Assembly (NCBI GenBank): GCA_038087875.1
Contig: CM075998.1
Coordinates: 5,086,001 to 5,150,000, forward strand
Reading direction: 5' to 3'
Length of the DNA stretch: 64,000 nucleotides
Source of the DNA: Malacoraja senta
Lineage: Eukaryota
The notes under the pieces were generated by a model, which was given only the letters and a program-made list of their open reading frames with translations, had not been told where the DNA came from and did not search any database. Positions 1 through 11,793 of this stretch are shown piece after piece; the stretch's first letter is position 1, and every line of letters starts with the position of its first letter. The translations under genes were made by a program, and so were the position numbers.

Positions 1-306
1 TTCGGTTAGTTGACGTTTCAGCTTTGTTTCCATTCGGTTATTTGGCGTTTCGGCTTCGTTTCCATTCGGTTATTCGGCTTCCACTTCTTTGCTTCGGCTT
101 CTCGTCCGTCGGTGCCACGTCCGGGTACTGAGAAGAATTATCAACCAGATTTCATGCAATAGATATGTTGAATGTCACTGTTGTTGGATGCTATTGCCTT
201 GCAGTGTTGTTTTAAATTTAGTTGTCAAATGAACTTTTTAAAGCAAATTTCTGTTTAATATGAGTTCATAAAGCAGAGGAGCAGAATGAGGTCATTCGGC
301 CCATTT

Positions 307-616
307 GGGCGGCATGGTGGCGCAGCGGTAGAGTTGCTGCCTGACGGCATCAGAAACCCGAGTTTGATCCTGACCACAAGTGCTGTCTGTACGGAGTTTG
401 TGCGTTCTCCCCGTGACCTGCGTGGGTTTTCTCTGGGTGCTCCGGTTTCCTCCCACACTCTAATGGGGTACAGGTTTGTAGGTTAATTGGCTTCTGTAAA
501 TTGTAAATTGTCCCCGGTGTGTAGGATAGTGCTGGTGTACGGGGTGATCGCTGGTCTGTGTGGTCTCGATGGGCCGAAGGGCCTGTTTCTACGCTGTATC
601 TCTAAAGTCTAAAGTA
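307..616 (+). mobile_element. tRNA-derived SINE (HE1/V-SINE-like)
   Basis: tRNA-like head GGCGGCATGGTGGCGCAGCGGTAGAG; central gtttgt..gttctcccc..gcgtgggtttt..ccggtttcctcccaca domain; tail gggccgaagggcctgttt..ctaaagt; about 15 copies in the window. Confidence 0.9.
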
Positions 617-790
617 TAGAGTCTACTCCGCTATTCAAACCTGACTGATCTATCTTTCCCTCTCAATCCCATTCTCCTGCCTTCTCCCTGTAACCTTTGA
701 CACCCGTACTAAGTTAATCTCCATTTTAAAATTACCCACTGACTTGGCCTCCACAGCCATCTGTGGCCATGAATTCCACAGATTCACCAC

Positions 791-1454
791 GCGTGCTCAA
801 GCTGGAGCCGCTCCCACCACACCAAACTGGTTGACACAGCCCTCAATGACACCTGCCGCATTATCACGGGATGCATCAAGACAACGCCAGTCCCGTGCCT
901 CTACGCCCCAGCTGGTATTGCCCCCCCCCCCCCATATCAGACGATCCATCGTCGCCCAAGACGAGCGGAGAGCACAGGAGATCGATACCAGGCACCCCCT
1001 GCACGGACACACAGCACCTCCACCCCGACTGAAATCCAGAGCCAGTTTCTTGCGGACAGTCCCACCTCTCCAGACAACCAAAGAAACAGCAAGGACCAAC
1101 ATCTGGAAAGATGAATGCAACCAGCTCAACACACGAGCCCACGACTGGATGGAGAGAGGAATCACTCCGACTGAATGCACGACCTCCCATGGCCAACCTG
1201 GAAGACCCTCAACAGATTACGAGTGGAGCAGGGGAGGTGTAAAGCACTTATGAAAGCATGGAACTACCAGGCAGAAGACACATGCGGCTGTGGAGCGGTA
1301 CAGACAATGTCCCGCCTACTGGAGTGTGACGACGCCCCCCCCCCCCCCCCCAGTGCAGCCCCCAGGACCTGGCTGAACCGACTCGACCAGCTGTGACCTG
1401 CGCCAGATACTGGCAGAACGACATCTGAGATTGCAACGGCCTCGAAGAAGAAGA
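791..1454 (+). mobile_element. 5'-truncated Vingi/Ingi-like (I-group) non-LTR retrotransposon 3' end
   Basis: Frameshifted peptide AGIAPP-HIRR..HPLHGH..RLKSR..WKTLNRLR..GRC..CGCG..QTM..LLEC; (GAA)n tail; ACCAC target-site duplication at 786-790 and 1454-1458. Confidence 0.65.
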
Positions 1455-1729
1455 CCACCCTCTGGCTAAAGAAATGCTTCCTCATCTCCTCTGCAAAGGT
1501 ACTTCCACTAAGGGGACTGATTATTTTTCGTATGCCCAGTTCATTAGGTGTTTAGTTGAGATTCATTTTATTGCTTTGGAATAAATTTGGCAAAACGACA
1601 ATCACTTTTTAAATAAACAAAAATGATGATAGATTGAGTTCCTCCTTTAAATAGGAGGCTTCTCCTCCAGAAATTGGGCACGATGCTATCAAACTATTTA
1701 ACTATTAACTACAAACTATAAACGGACTT

Positions 1730-1995
1730 TGTCCCCTGCCAAAGTATCGTGCACCAACCACCAACCTGGACACACTGCAGCAGAGCCACTGTCGTGCCGC
1801 TGCCGATCGGAACGCCTGTTGATGTTTAGTAGAGTAGAGTGTTAATTTGTTCATGATATTTGTATTTTTACTTCTATTTATTTTTTACTGCACACACTGA
1901 AATGGACACTGGTTGAGGAACGTTTTTTTGTTTCCTCTGGGTATGCGAATACTCAGGAAATGACAATAAAGATATACAAACAATACAATACAATA
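1730..1995 (+). mobile_element. LINE 3' UTR fragment (Rex1/L2-type tail)
   Basis: Ends in stem-loop (tttcctctgggtat..atactcaggaaa), tgacaataaa and (caata)n microsatellite. Confidence 0.5.
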
Positions 1996-2019
1996 ACTAT
2001 CTTCTTTCACCTGCTTCAC

Positions 2020-2885
2020 CTGTAGGAATAAAGGGCGTAGACTATTTTCTAAATGGGGAGAGAATCCAGAAATCGGAGGTGCAAAGGGACTTGGGAGTGC
2101 TGGTGCAGGATTCCCAAAAAGTTTAATTTGCAAGTTGAGTCGGAAGTGAGGAAGGCAAATTCAATGCTGGCATTTATTTCAAAAGGGCTTGTATACAAAA
2201 ACAAGGATGTAATGTTGCGGCTCTATAAGGTGCTGGTCAGGCAGCATTTGGAGTACTGTGAGCAGTTTTGGGTCCCATATCTGAGGAAGGATGTGCTGGC
2301 TCTGGAGAGGGCCCAGAGGAGGTTTACAAGAATGATCCCAGGTATTATCTCAGTCTGAAGAAGGGTCTCGACACGAAACGTCACCTATTCCTTCTCTCCA
2401 CAGACGCTGCCTCACCCGCTGAGTTACTCCAGCATTTTTTGAGTGGATTAGCATATGATGAGCGTTTGTCGGCACTGGACCTGTACTCGTTGAAGTTTAG
2501 AAGGATGAGGGGTGGGACCTCATTGAAACCTACCCAACCTTGAAAGGCCTGGGTAGAGTGGATGTGGAGAGGATGCTTCCAATAGTGGGAGAGTCTAGGA
2601 CTGGAGGGCAGAACCTCAGAATTAAAGGACGTTCCTTTAGGAAGGAGATGAGGAGTGATTTATTTCGTCAGAGGGTGGTGAATCTGTGGAACTCATTGAC
2701 ACAGACGGCGGTGGAGGCCAAGTCATTTAAAGCAGAGATTGATAGATTCTTCATTAGTACGGGTGTCAGGGGTTACGGGGAGAAGGCAGGAGTATGGGGC
2801 TGAAAGAGAAAGATAGATCAGCCATGATTGAATGGTGGAGTAGACTCGATGGGCCGAATGGCCTAATTCTGCTCCTATCACTTAT
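2020..2885 (+). mobile_element. CR1 LINE 3' fragment (RT C-terminus), with a Penelope pLTR piece inserted at about 2348-2440
   Basis: LYKVLVRQHLEYCEQFW..LERAQRRFTRMIP; ESRTGG..QRVVNLWNSL; CR1 tail. Confidence 0.9.
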
Positions 2886-3457
2886 GAGCGTATCCAACTA
2901 CCGTTGGCCAGGTTTTGTCCCGCCCCCAACTCTTTTCCAGCTTTCTCTACCGCATCACAATCATTCTGAAGAAGCATCGCCTGTCCGTTCCTTCCGCAGA
3001 TGCTGCCTGACCTGCTGAGTTCCTCCAGCAATTCGTGATTTGTGCAAGCAAATTTTTTTTAATTTCCTCTCTTGCTGACTAATCTTTTATCCAACTCTAT
3101 GAAATATATCGAAGTAACTGAAACAGTTGTCATCATGTATTTAGCCAGCATTTCTAACATGCATTCATTCTTCTAAAATGTTTATTTTTTCTACACTCAT
3201 TGTAATTTAGTTATTTCAAAGTTAAAATGTTCATTTGGAAATAATACTTTTAGGTAAAACTGCAAGTCATGTTGAGAAACTCCAGCCTTGAATGGAAAGC
3301 TGAAGTGTATTTGCAGAGAGACATGTTGCAGTTAGGGATCGGGTAAAAATTGTGCATTTTCTGAAACGAGAAAAAACATACAAAATTTGAACATTATTGT
3401 GCATTTACTGATCCTCTTTTAAAGGTCCTGTTTCTGGAACGAACATCCCTTCTCAGA

Positions 3458-3627
3458 GGTACACAAAAATGCTGGAGAAACTCAGCGGGTGCAGCAGCAT
3501 CTATGGAGCGAAGGAAATAGGCAACGTTTCGGGCCGAAACCCTTCTCCATAGATGCTGCTGCACCCGCTGAGTTTCTCCAGCATTTTTGTGTACCTTCGA
3601 TTTTCCAGCATCTGCAGTTCCTTCTTT
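3458..3627. mobile_element. Penelope-like pLTR-derived inverted (palindromic) element
   Basis: aggtacacaaaaatgctggagaaactcagcgggtgcagcagcatctatgga mirrored by tccatagatgctgctgcacccgctgagtttctccagcatttttgtgtacct. Confidence 0.7.
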
Positions 3628-3744
3628 ATCCCTTCTCAGAGAACTGGCCCAGATTCAACTGGTCCTCTGGACACTTCTGCACGGTGGCGCAGCGGTAGAG
3701 TTGCTGCCTTACAGCGCTTGCAGCGCCAGAGACCCGGGTTCAAT

Positions 3745-5153
3745 CTAGCGGGAGTATTCTCAGACATCTTTAATCTCTCCCTACTCTGTTCTGAGGTACC
3801 CACCTGCTTCAAGAAGACCACCATCATCCCAGTGCCGAAGAAACGCAAGACCTCGTGCCCAAACGACTACCGTCCAGTGGCCTTGACATCCACCATCATG
3901 AAGTGTTTTGAGAGGCTTTTTATGGAACGCATTAAACCCAGTCTACCCAGCGGCCATGACCCACTGCAGTTTGTCTACTGCCACAACAGGTCCATGGACG
4001 ATGCCATCGCCCTGATCCTACACTCACACTTGGGTAAGAGAGACACCTACATCAGACTCATGGACAATCCAAGCTCATCACCAAATTCGCTGGACTTGGA
4101 GTCAGCACTCACCTCTGCAACTGGATCCTCGACTTCCTGGCCAACAGACCCCAATCAGTGAGGATAGAGGATAAATTATCCCCGACGATAATCCTCAACA
4201 CTGGTGCTCCACAAGGATGCGTTCTCAGCCCCCTTCTTTACTCCTTCTACACCCACGACTGTGCAGCCATTCAATTGTCCAATCTGCAGATGACACCAGC
4301 ATTGTGGGCCGGATATCAAATAATGATGAGACAGAGTACAGGAAGGAGATTGAGAACCTCGTGTCCTGTTGTTGAGGCAACAACCTTTCTCACCATGTCA
4401 GCAAGACAAAGGAGATCGTGATCGACGTCAGGGAGCAAAACGCTACACACACCCCGGTTTGCATTGATGGCACCGAAATAGAGATGGTTGAAAACTTCCA
4501 AGGAGTCAATATCACCAGCAACTTCTCCTGGACCACCCATATTGAAGCGACGACCAAGAAAGCACACCCACGCCTCTACTTCCTTAGAAGGCTTAGGAAG
4601 TTCGGCATGTCCCCAACAACTCTCCCCAACTTCTACAGATGCGCCGCGGAAAGCATTTTATCGGGATGCATCGCAGCACGGTTTGGGAACAGCTCCATCC
4701 AAGACCGCAAGAAATCGCAGAGAGTTGTGGACGCAGCCCAGACCATCACACACAAACCAACCTCCCTTCCATCGACTCCATCTACACCTCACGCTGCCTC
4801 GGCAAGGCCAGCAGCATCATCAAGGACTAGTCTCACCCCGGCCACTCCCTCTTCTCCTCTGTCTCATCAGGCAAGAGGTACAGAAGTGAAAACGCACACC
4901 TCCAGATTCAGGGACAGTTTCTTCCCAGCTGTTATCAGGCGACTGAACCATCCTACCAAAAACCAGTGAGCGGTCCTGAACTACTATCTACCTCGTTGGA
5001 GACCCTCAGACTATCCTTGATTGGACTTTGCTGGCTTTACCTTGCACTAAACGTTATTCCTTATCATGTATCTTTACACTGTAAACGGCTCGATTGTAAT
5101 CATGTATTGTCTTTCTGCTGACTGGATAGCACGCAACAAAAAGCTTTTCACTG
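3745..5153 (+). mobile_element. Rex1/Babar-type LINE, degraded RT region plus 3' UTR
   Basis: [88 protein letters not shown]; frameshifts. Confidence 0.85.
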
Positions 5154-5155
5154 TG

Positions 5156-5575
5156 AATTTTCCCTCCCAATAGGGAATAGGTCAGGTCGGGAGGAGTCCC
5201 CCCCGCCACGGGTACCATGTAATCCCGTGCTACCTGCTCCATGGTCGGATAGTCGGCGACTAAACCGTCTCCCCCACCTGGTTCGCCAGGGGGCTGTGGA
5301 TCCCCAGCAGGACCAAAAACAAGAGCTGTCAAAGGGCGGATGAGCTTCTAGCGAGCCAACGGCCATCCACACTTCAGTAGAAGTTGCGATCACTGTCGTA
5401 CACGGCATTGTAAGGAATGATGATAAAGCACACACACACACACACACACACCAACATCCTATACTTCCAGCGGTGGAAGTCCGCAGGAACTGGAGGACGG
5501 AGATGTGTGGTGCGTCCGTCACCGTTCCCGTCGGAAACCAGCACCACTGCGTTTTCAACGATGATGAATGAATAA
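5156..5575 (+). other. Unclassified ~420-bp GC-rich insert, possibly a non-autonomous non-LTR derivative
   Basis: Truncates the Rex1 tail; internal (CA)n; ends in gatgatgaatga microsatellite; no recognisable ORF. Confidence 0.3.
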
Positions 5576-5847
5576 ATTAAAAGGGAATTCAATTTTGGGG
5601 ATGAATAGAAACTGTGTTGCTTGAATTGCCTTGATTATCAGCTTTTAGAAAAAGATGCAGCAATTTTCCATCAGGGCAAATGAAAGTGAACAGATTCAAA
5701 TCCCTTTTTACTGACACCTCAGGAGGCTTGCGTCTCTTGGGATAGTGGGAGATTCAAATGACAGGATGGTCAGGGTAGGAGTAAAACAAATGGAGAGGCA
5801 ATGGGGAATTGAAGCTTATCTTTAGTTTAGTCTGCAAATACAGTACA

Positions 5848-6140
5848 CTAGACTAAGTGGAACACGTCGGGTCCCAGCATCACACAGGAGGGCTGGTCCC
5901 CCAACGCAATATTCCACCTCTAGACCAATTCCAATATTGGTGGCCAGTGGAGGGGGGGGGGGGGGGGGGCTTTCTGGAGCGCTAGTATGGGTGTTGTGGG
6001 CTGAAGGGACTGGTTTCCAGAGGGATAGTATGGTAGTATGGACATTGTGGGCCGAATGGATTCTTAGGCTGGCGGCTCAGTCACTCAAGCCTGTTGTGCT
6101 GGCAGCTCACTCACTCACGTCTGGTGGGCTGGCAGTTGAC
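5848..6140 (-). mobile_element. Probable non-autonomous Helitron 3' terminus
   Basis: Minus strand ends TGGGACCCGACGTGTTCCA (imperfect hairpin) - CTTAGT - CTAG followed by T. Confidence 0.45.
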
Positions 6141-6149
6141 ACGCCCATG

Positions 6150-6650
6150 TTCCTCACTGTGACGGAAGGCAATGAAGTCCAAGCTTCTTCCTCTTTTATT
6201 CTCCGCAGTTGGGGCGATCGAAGCTCCCACAGTCGGCGGTCGAAGCCCCCGCATCGGGGCGATTGATGCTCTCGCGTCGGGGCGGTCAAAGCTCCCGCAG
6301 CTTGGAGTTCCTGAAGACCAGAGACCGCGGGCTCCACGATGTTAAAGTCCCGCACACTCCCGCGGTGGAGCTCAGAGGTCGATCTCTGGCAAAGGGATCG
6401 CGAGCTCCGTGATGTTCAAGTCCGCAGGCTCCCGTGGTTGGAGCTCCTGAAGTTGGCCTCCAGCAACTCCTTGATGTTAGGCCGCAGTGCGGACGGAGAT
6501 ACTACACGGAAAAAAATCACATCTCCGTCGAGGTAAGAGATTAGAAAAAGTTTCCCCCAACTACCCCCCCCCACCACCCCCCACATAAAACAAGCTAAAG
6601 AACACTAAAAACATACATTTAACACATACTATTCAAACATACTAACACAT
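6150..6650 (-). mobile_element. GC-rich non-autonomous retroposon, partial; homologous to 35060-35800
   Basis: Shares catctccg..aggtaagagatt..aaaaagtttccccc..ccccccacataaaacaa with the reverse complement of 35130-35215. Confidence 0.6.
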
Positions 6651-6652
6651 AC

Positions 6653-7139
6653 TTCCAAATCTGAGGAAGGACATTATAGCCATAGAGGGAGTGCAGAGAA
6701 GGTTCACCAGACTGATTCCTGGGATGTCAGGACTTTCATATGAAGAAAGACTGGATAGACTTGGCTTATACTCGCTAGAATTTAGGAGATTGAGAGGGGA
6801 TCTTATAGAAACGTACAAAATTCTTATGGGGTTGGACAGGCTAGATGCAGGAAGATTGTTCCCGATGTTGGGGAAGTCCTTTAAGGAAAAACTTTTTCAC
6901 ACAGAGAGTGGTGAATCTCTGGAACTCTCTGCCACAGAGGGTAGTTGAGGCCAGTTCATTGGCTATATTTAAGAGGGAGTTAGATGTGGCCCTTGTGGCT
7001 AAAGGGATCAGGGGGTATGGAGAGAAGGCAGGTACAGGATACTGAGTTGGATGATCAGCCATGATCACATTGAATGGTGGTGCAGGCTCGAAGGGCCGAA
7101 TGGCCTACTCCTGCACCTATTTTCTATGTATCTATGTAA
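6653..7139 (+). mobile_element. CR1 LINE 3' fragment
   Basis: QRRFTRLIPGMSGLSYEERLDRLGLYSLEFRRLRGDL; tail ending tttctatgtatctatgt. Confidence 0.92.
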
Positions 7140-7806
7140 CACAAAGAAGGAAGGGACAGACAGACTGTTGGCGAGGCAGCCGTTGCTGGCGAGTTTGGCT
7201 GAGTCCTCTGGTCCTAGTCTCTCCCACTAGTGGCAAAATCTTCCCCACATCCACTCTATTCTTTTATTATTCAATTATTTATTTAATGTTACAGCTTGCT
7301 TAAAACGTTAAACATCGTTTCTGTATTCTGTGAGCGAGACACATGTGGTTATTAATCGTGCAAACCGGCACCTTATTTTGTCAGACAATAAAGAGCGTGG
7401 TCAGAATGCACGCACAAATATTAGAATACTCCCTCAGCCCACAACCTTCGGTCCCGAGTGGCTAAAATACTGTCAAGTTGATATGGTGCCATCAATAGAC
7501 GATACCCTTGATTCTGCAATGAAAATTAATGTCTGAAATAAAACACGGCAGTCCAGTGTCTGAGCCACATTTGTGGTCAAATTGGTGTATTTAACGAGGA
7601 AGAATTTATAGCCATATGCGTAAGCAACGAAAAAGATCGGGCATTGAAAAATTAGCATCGAGACGCCAGGAGTCAACAAAACAAAACTGCAGATTGTAGA
7701 AATCTGAAATCAAAAGGAGACAATGCTGGAATAATTCAGCAGGTGAGACAGCGTTGGTGCAGAGAGAAGCAGATTCAATGCTTCAAGTTGACGATCATTT
7801 GTCAGT

Positions 7807-8020
7807 TTAGACAAAAATGCTGGAGAAACTCAGCAGGTGAGGCAGCATCTATGGAGCAAAAGAATAGGTGATGTTTCGGGTCGAGACCCTCTTCAGTCTG
7901 AAGATGGGTCTCGACCCAAAACGTCACCCATTCCTTCGCTCCATAGATGCTGCCTCACCCGCTGAGTTTCTCCAGCATTTTTTGTCTACCTTCGATTTTC
8001 CAGCAGTTCTTTCTTAAACA
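7807..8020. mobile_element. Penelope-like pLTR palindrome (two inverted hammerhead-motif halves)
   Basis: About 90-bp arms mirrored about cttcag|tctgaag near 7896. Confidence 0.75.
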
Positions 8021-8029
8021 TAAATAATC

Positions 8030-8420
8030 AGTTTAGTTTAGTTTAGTTTAGGGATACTGCGCGGAAACAGTCCCTTCGGCCCACCGAGTCCGTGCCGTAC
8101 AGTGATCCTCCCGTACACCACTACACTAACACTAGATGTTTTGTTTAGAACTAGCGTTGGTGTGCGGGGATCGCTGGTTGGCGCCGACTGGGTGGGCCGA
8201 GTTAAAAAACAAAACTAGAACACTAGAAGGGACAATTGACAATTTTACCGAAGCCAATTAACCCACGTCTTTGGAATGTGGGAGGAAACCGGAGCACCCG
8301 GTGAAATCCCACGCAGGTTATGCGGAGAACGTACAAACTCCGTACAGACAGCACCCGTAGTCAGGATCGAACCTGGGTCTCTGGTGCTGTGAGGCAGCAA
8401 CTCTACCCCCTGCGTCACCG
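8030..8420 (-). mobile_element. HE1-like SINE with internal inverted SINE piece
   Basis: Reverse-complement SINE motifs; plus-oriented segment at about 8150-8200. Confidence 0.8.
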
Positions 8421-8827
8421 GTCTGAAATTTCCAGCATCTGCAGTTCCTTCTTAAACTGGAATGGCTGACAGGAGATGAAACCTTACTCCATGACACAGT
8501 GTGACAACCCTGTAAGACAGCAACTCCACTGCTGTGCCATGGTGCTGCCCACTAGTGTAAGGGCAGGGAATGGCGGGCTGCTTAGCAAGTTGGGTGGCAT
8601 GTATTGGGGAGGTGGATTTCAGGTCAATGGCCTTTCATGGTGTGGTGGTTGTGGGGAAGGGAGGGGACAATGACTCCGTTCCTCTCTCTGCAGCTGCCGC
8701 CCAACGCCAACATTTTGTTGCAGATTTCCATCATCTGCAGCTTTTTGGTTTTCAATACCTGGCTTATTCTGACGTTACGGTTTTTTCTCTCTTCACGGAT
8801 GCTACCTGACCTGTTAGACTTTCGCAA

Positions 8828-9145
8828 GTTTTGTTTAGTTCAGTTGAGTTTAGAGATACAGCGCGGAAACAGGCCCTTCGGCCCACCGAGTCCGCGCTGA
8901 CCAACGATCCCCGCACACTAACTCTATCCCACACACACTAGGAACAATTTACAATTATACCAAGCCAATTAACCTACAAACCTGTAGGTCTTTGGAGTGT
9001 GGGAGGAAACCGGAGCACCCGGAGAAAACCCACGCGGGTCACGGGGAGAACGTACAAACTCCGTACAGACAGCGCCCGTAGTCAGAATCGAACCCGGGTC
9101 TCTGGGGCTGTGAGGCAGCAACTCTACCGCTGCGCCACCGTGCCG
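8828..9145 (-). mobile_element. HE1-like SINE, full length
   Basis: Reverse complement of head, body and tail. Confidence 0.9.
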
Positions 9146-9147
9146 AC

Positions 9148-9362
9148 CCACCACCAACCTCATTGGAGACCCTCGGACTATCTTTGATTGGACTTTACTG
9201 GACTTTATCTTGCACTAAATGTTATTCACATTCTATCTCTTTATCGTGTATCTGTACACTGTGGATGGATCGATTGTAATCATGTATTGTCTTTCCACCG
9301 ACTGGTTAGCACGCAACAAAAGCTTTTCACTGTACCTCGGTACACGTGACAACAAACTCAAC
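9148..9362 (+). mobile_element. Rex1-type LINE 3' UTR
   Basis: Matches 4985-5153; ends cactgtacctcggtacacgtgacaacaaac. Confidence 0.75.
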
Positions 9363-9507
9363 TCCATACACTTCTGAGTAACATTGTCAATCCCAATCTT
9401 TATGCCGGAATTGACACTGGCTTACTCCTACATCAAACTTGTATGTTAGGTGTCTGTGTTCGGTGTTGCTAAATTAGCTTACATTTTGATATCCTCCAGA
9501 AAATTGT

Positions 9508-10643
9508 GGGCATCACGGTGGCACAACAGTTGAGTTGCTGCCTCACAGCACCAGGGACCCGGGTTCCATCCCGATCACGGGAGCTGTCTGTACGGACTTT
9601 GTACGTTCTCCCTGTGACCTGCGTTGGTTTTAGATTAGATTTAGATTAGATTAGATTTTATTACTTGTCATTTGAACCTCAGAGAGGCTCAAACGAAACT
9701 CTGTTTCCACAGCCATGCAAACAAAACAATTCCTACAAGACACACAAACAACTCAATTCACAGAAAAACATCCATGTGATGGAAGGCAAAGTCTTTTCTC
9801 TCCCCTGCACCATTTCTTTCCCGATGTTGAAGCCCCAGGCGGGTGATGGTAAGTCCCACGGCCATTTTAGGCCGCGCCGGGCGGTGTACGGCCCCGCTTC
9901 AGTCCAAAAGTCACAAAGTTGGAGCCCCCGGCGGGCGCTGGAATGTCCCGCGGCGTTTAAAGCCGCACCGGGTGATGTACGGCCCCGCTCCGGGTCGTTC
10001 CAACCCCGCGACACGAGCTGGAGAAGTCGCGTTGCGGGAGCTCCGGAAAGCGGTCTCCCACCCGGACCCGTGAGTTCCCTATGTCCCAGTCCACCAGTCC
10101 ACCAGTCTGCAGCTGGAGCTGGAGCTCCGGAGTGAGCAGCAACGAGCCACCACCGCTCCTCACGCTCCGAGGCCGGCCAGCCCCACGATGGTGAGTCCGC
10201 AGCTCCACAGGATCCGCGACTGGAGCCCCCCAGGTCGTCCCGGTCGGAGGCCGCTTGACAACGGAGACCCGACAGGGAAAAGGTCGGGGCTCCCGTGCAG
10301 GGAAGAGATTTTAAAAGTTCCCGCCCCCCACATATACACAGTTAAAAACAGTACAAAAAACCCCACAAACAACTACATTTACCTAGACAAAAATTAAAAA
10401 AAGACAGACAGGCTGTAGGGGCCGCTGCAGTAATCCGCGCCGCCGCACTTTCTCCGGGTGCTCCGGTTTCCTCCCACACGCCAAAGACGTACATGTTTGT
10501 AGGTTAATTGGCTTGGTATAATTGTAAAATGTCCCTAGTGTGTGTAGGATAGTGTTAGTGTGCGGGGATCGCTGGTCGGCGCGGACTCGATGGGCCGAAG
10601 GGCCTGTTACCGCGCTGTATCTCTAAACTAAACTGAACTAAAT
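9508..10643 (+). mobile_element. HE1-like SINE split by an insertion at 9631-10448
   Basis: Head 9508-9630 stops at gcgttggttt; resumes as tttctccgggtgctccgg at 10449. Confidence 0.85.
9631..10448 (-). mobile_element. GC-rich ~820-bp non-autonomous retroposon with LINE-like tail
   Basis: Bounded by the split SINE; tail stem-loop plus (tagat)n; homologous to 12034-12866 (ggagacccgac hairpin, gccttccatcac). Confidence 0.7.
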
Positions 10644-10664
10644 TCAAACAACATGATCACCTTA

Positions 10665-11235
10665 CTACCCCTCGACTCCATCCAAGGACCCAAGCAGTCT
10701 TCCCAGGTGCGGCAGAGGTTCACCTGCACCTCCTCCAACCTCATCTATTGCATCCGCTGCTCTACATCGGTGAGACCAAACTACATTTAACTAGACAAAA
10801 GACTTGGCGATCGTTTCTCCCAACATCCCCGCTCGGTTCGCAATAACCAACCTGATCTCCCGGTGGCTCAGCGCTTCAACTCCCCCTCCCATTCCGAATC
10901 CGACCTTTCTGTCCTGGGCCTCCTCCATGGCCAGAGTAAGGCCCACCGTAAATTGGAGGAGCAGCACCTCATATTTCGCTTGGGTAGTTTACACCCCAGC
11001 GGTATGAACATTGACTTCTCCAATTTCTGGTAGTCCCTGCTTTCTCCTTCTTTCCCCTCCCCTTCCCAGCTCTCCCACAGCCCACTGTCTCCGCCTCTTC
11101 CTTTCTTCTTCCTGACCCCCCCCCCACCCTCTCATCAGTCTGAAGAAGGGTTTCGACCTGAAACGTCGCCAATTTCCTTCGCTCCACAGATGCTGCCTCA
11201 CCCACTGAGTTTCTCCAGCATTTTTGTCTACCTTG
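10665..11235 (+). mobile_element. Penelope-like element 3' part: degraded GIY-YIG endonuclease plus pLTR with hammerhead motif
   Basis: Conceptual translation FTCTSSNLIYCIRC..YIGETK..LGDRF..H..PVAQRFN..RKLEEQHLIFRLGSLHPSGMN; CTGAAGAAGGG..GAAACGTC at 11140-11167. Confidence 0.85.
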
Positions 11236-11663
11236 GGATAATGAGGACTCTCACTGGTGTTCATACAATTTCATTATTCTCAAACACATAGCAACGTTTC
11301 TTAGCTAATTTATGAATCTATCGCAACGACGAGATGGGCCAGATGTTGAAAGTAAAATATGAACCTTGAAATTATGTGTGCAAATATTAGCAGATTTGTG
11401 GTCACTCATCCAATAGTTTGAAATGTCACCGTTTCACTTCCAAACTTTGAGCATTTTAATTCACTCTCTGATTAACACAATTTTGAATAAGCGCTTAAGA
11501 TTCCTAACAGGTTCTTTCTTTAAATCGTACCATCTGTGACATTTAAAGTCCAATCTCAGGTGCATATGTGGCATTTTCTGAACCTCTGCCAATACCCTTC
11601 TGCAAGCGATTGTAGATTTAATGCCAATGTGTGCCACTATTTAGTTTCATCCAATGAACCATA

Positions 11664-11793
11664 AATACACATACATACACACATACATACATACATACAT
11701 ACATACATACATACATACATACACACATGCACACATGCATACATACACATGCATGCAAACACACATGCATACATGCATACACACATGCATACA
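11664..11793. repeat. (TACA)n/(CATG) microsatellite
   Basis: Direct reading. Confidence 0.9.

Larger units (their letters stand above)
265..1490 (-). mobile_element. CR1-type LINE 3' end/tail, interrupted by a SINE (307-616) and a Vingi-like fragment (791-1454)
   Basis: CR1 3' UTR motifs (aggtcattcggccc, cccattctcctgccttctcc, gaattccacagattcaccac...ctctggctaaagaaa) continue across both insertions. Confidence 0.75.

Noticed and set aside
5160..5330. HDV-like ribozyme at the start of the unclassified insert
   Set aside because: Could not assign a consistent P1/P2/P3/P1.1 nested pseudoknot by eye.
7330..7679. Short ORFs in unique sequence as host exons
   Set aside because: No recognisable protein similarity or convincing paired splice sites.
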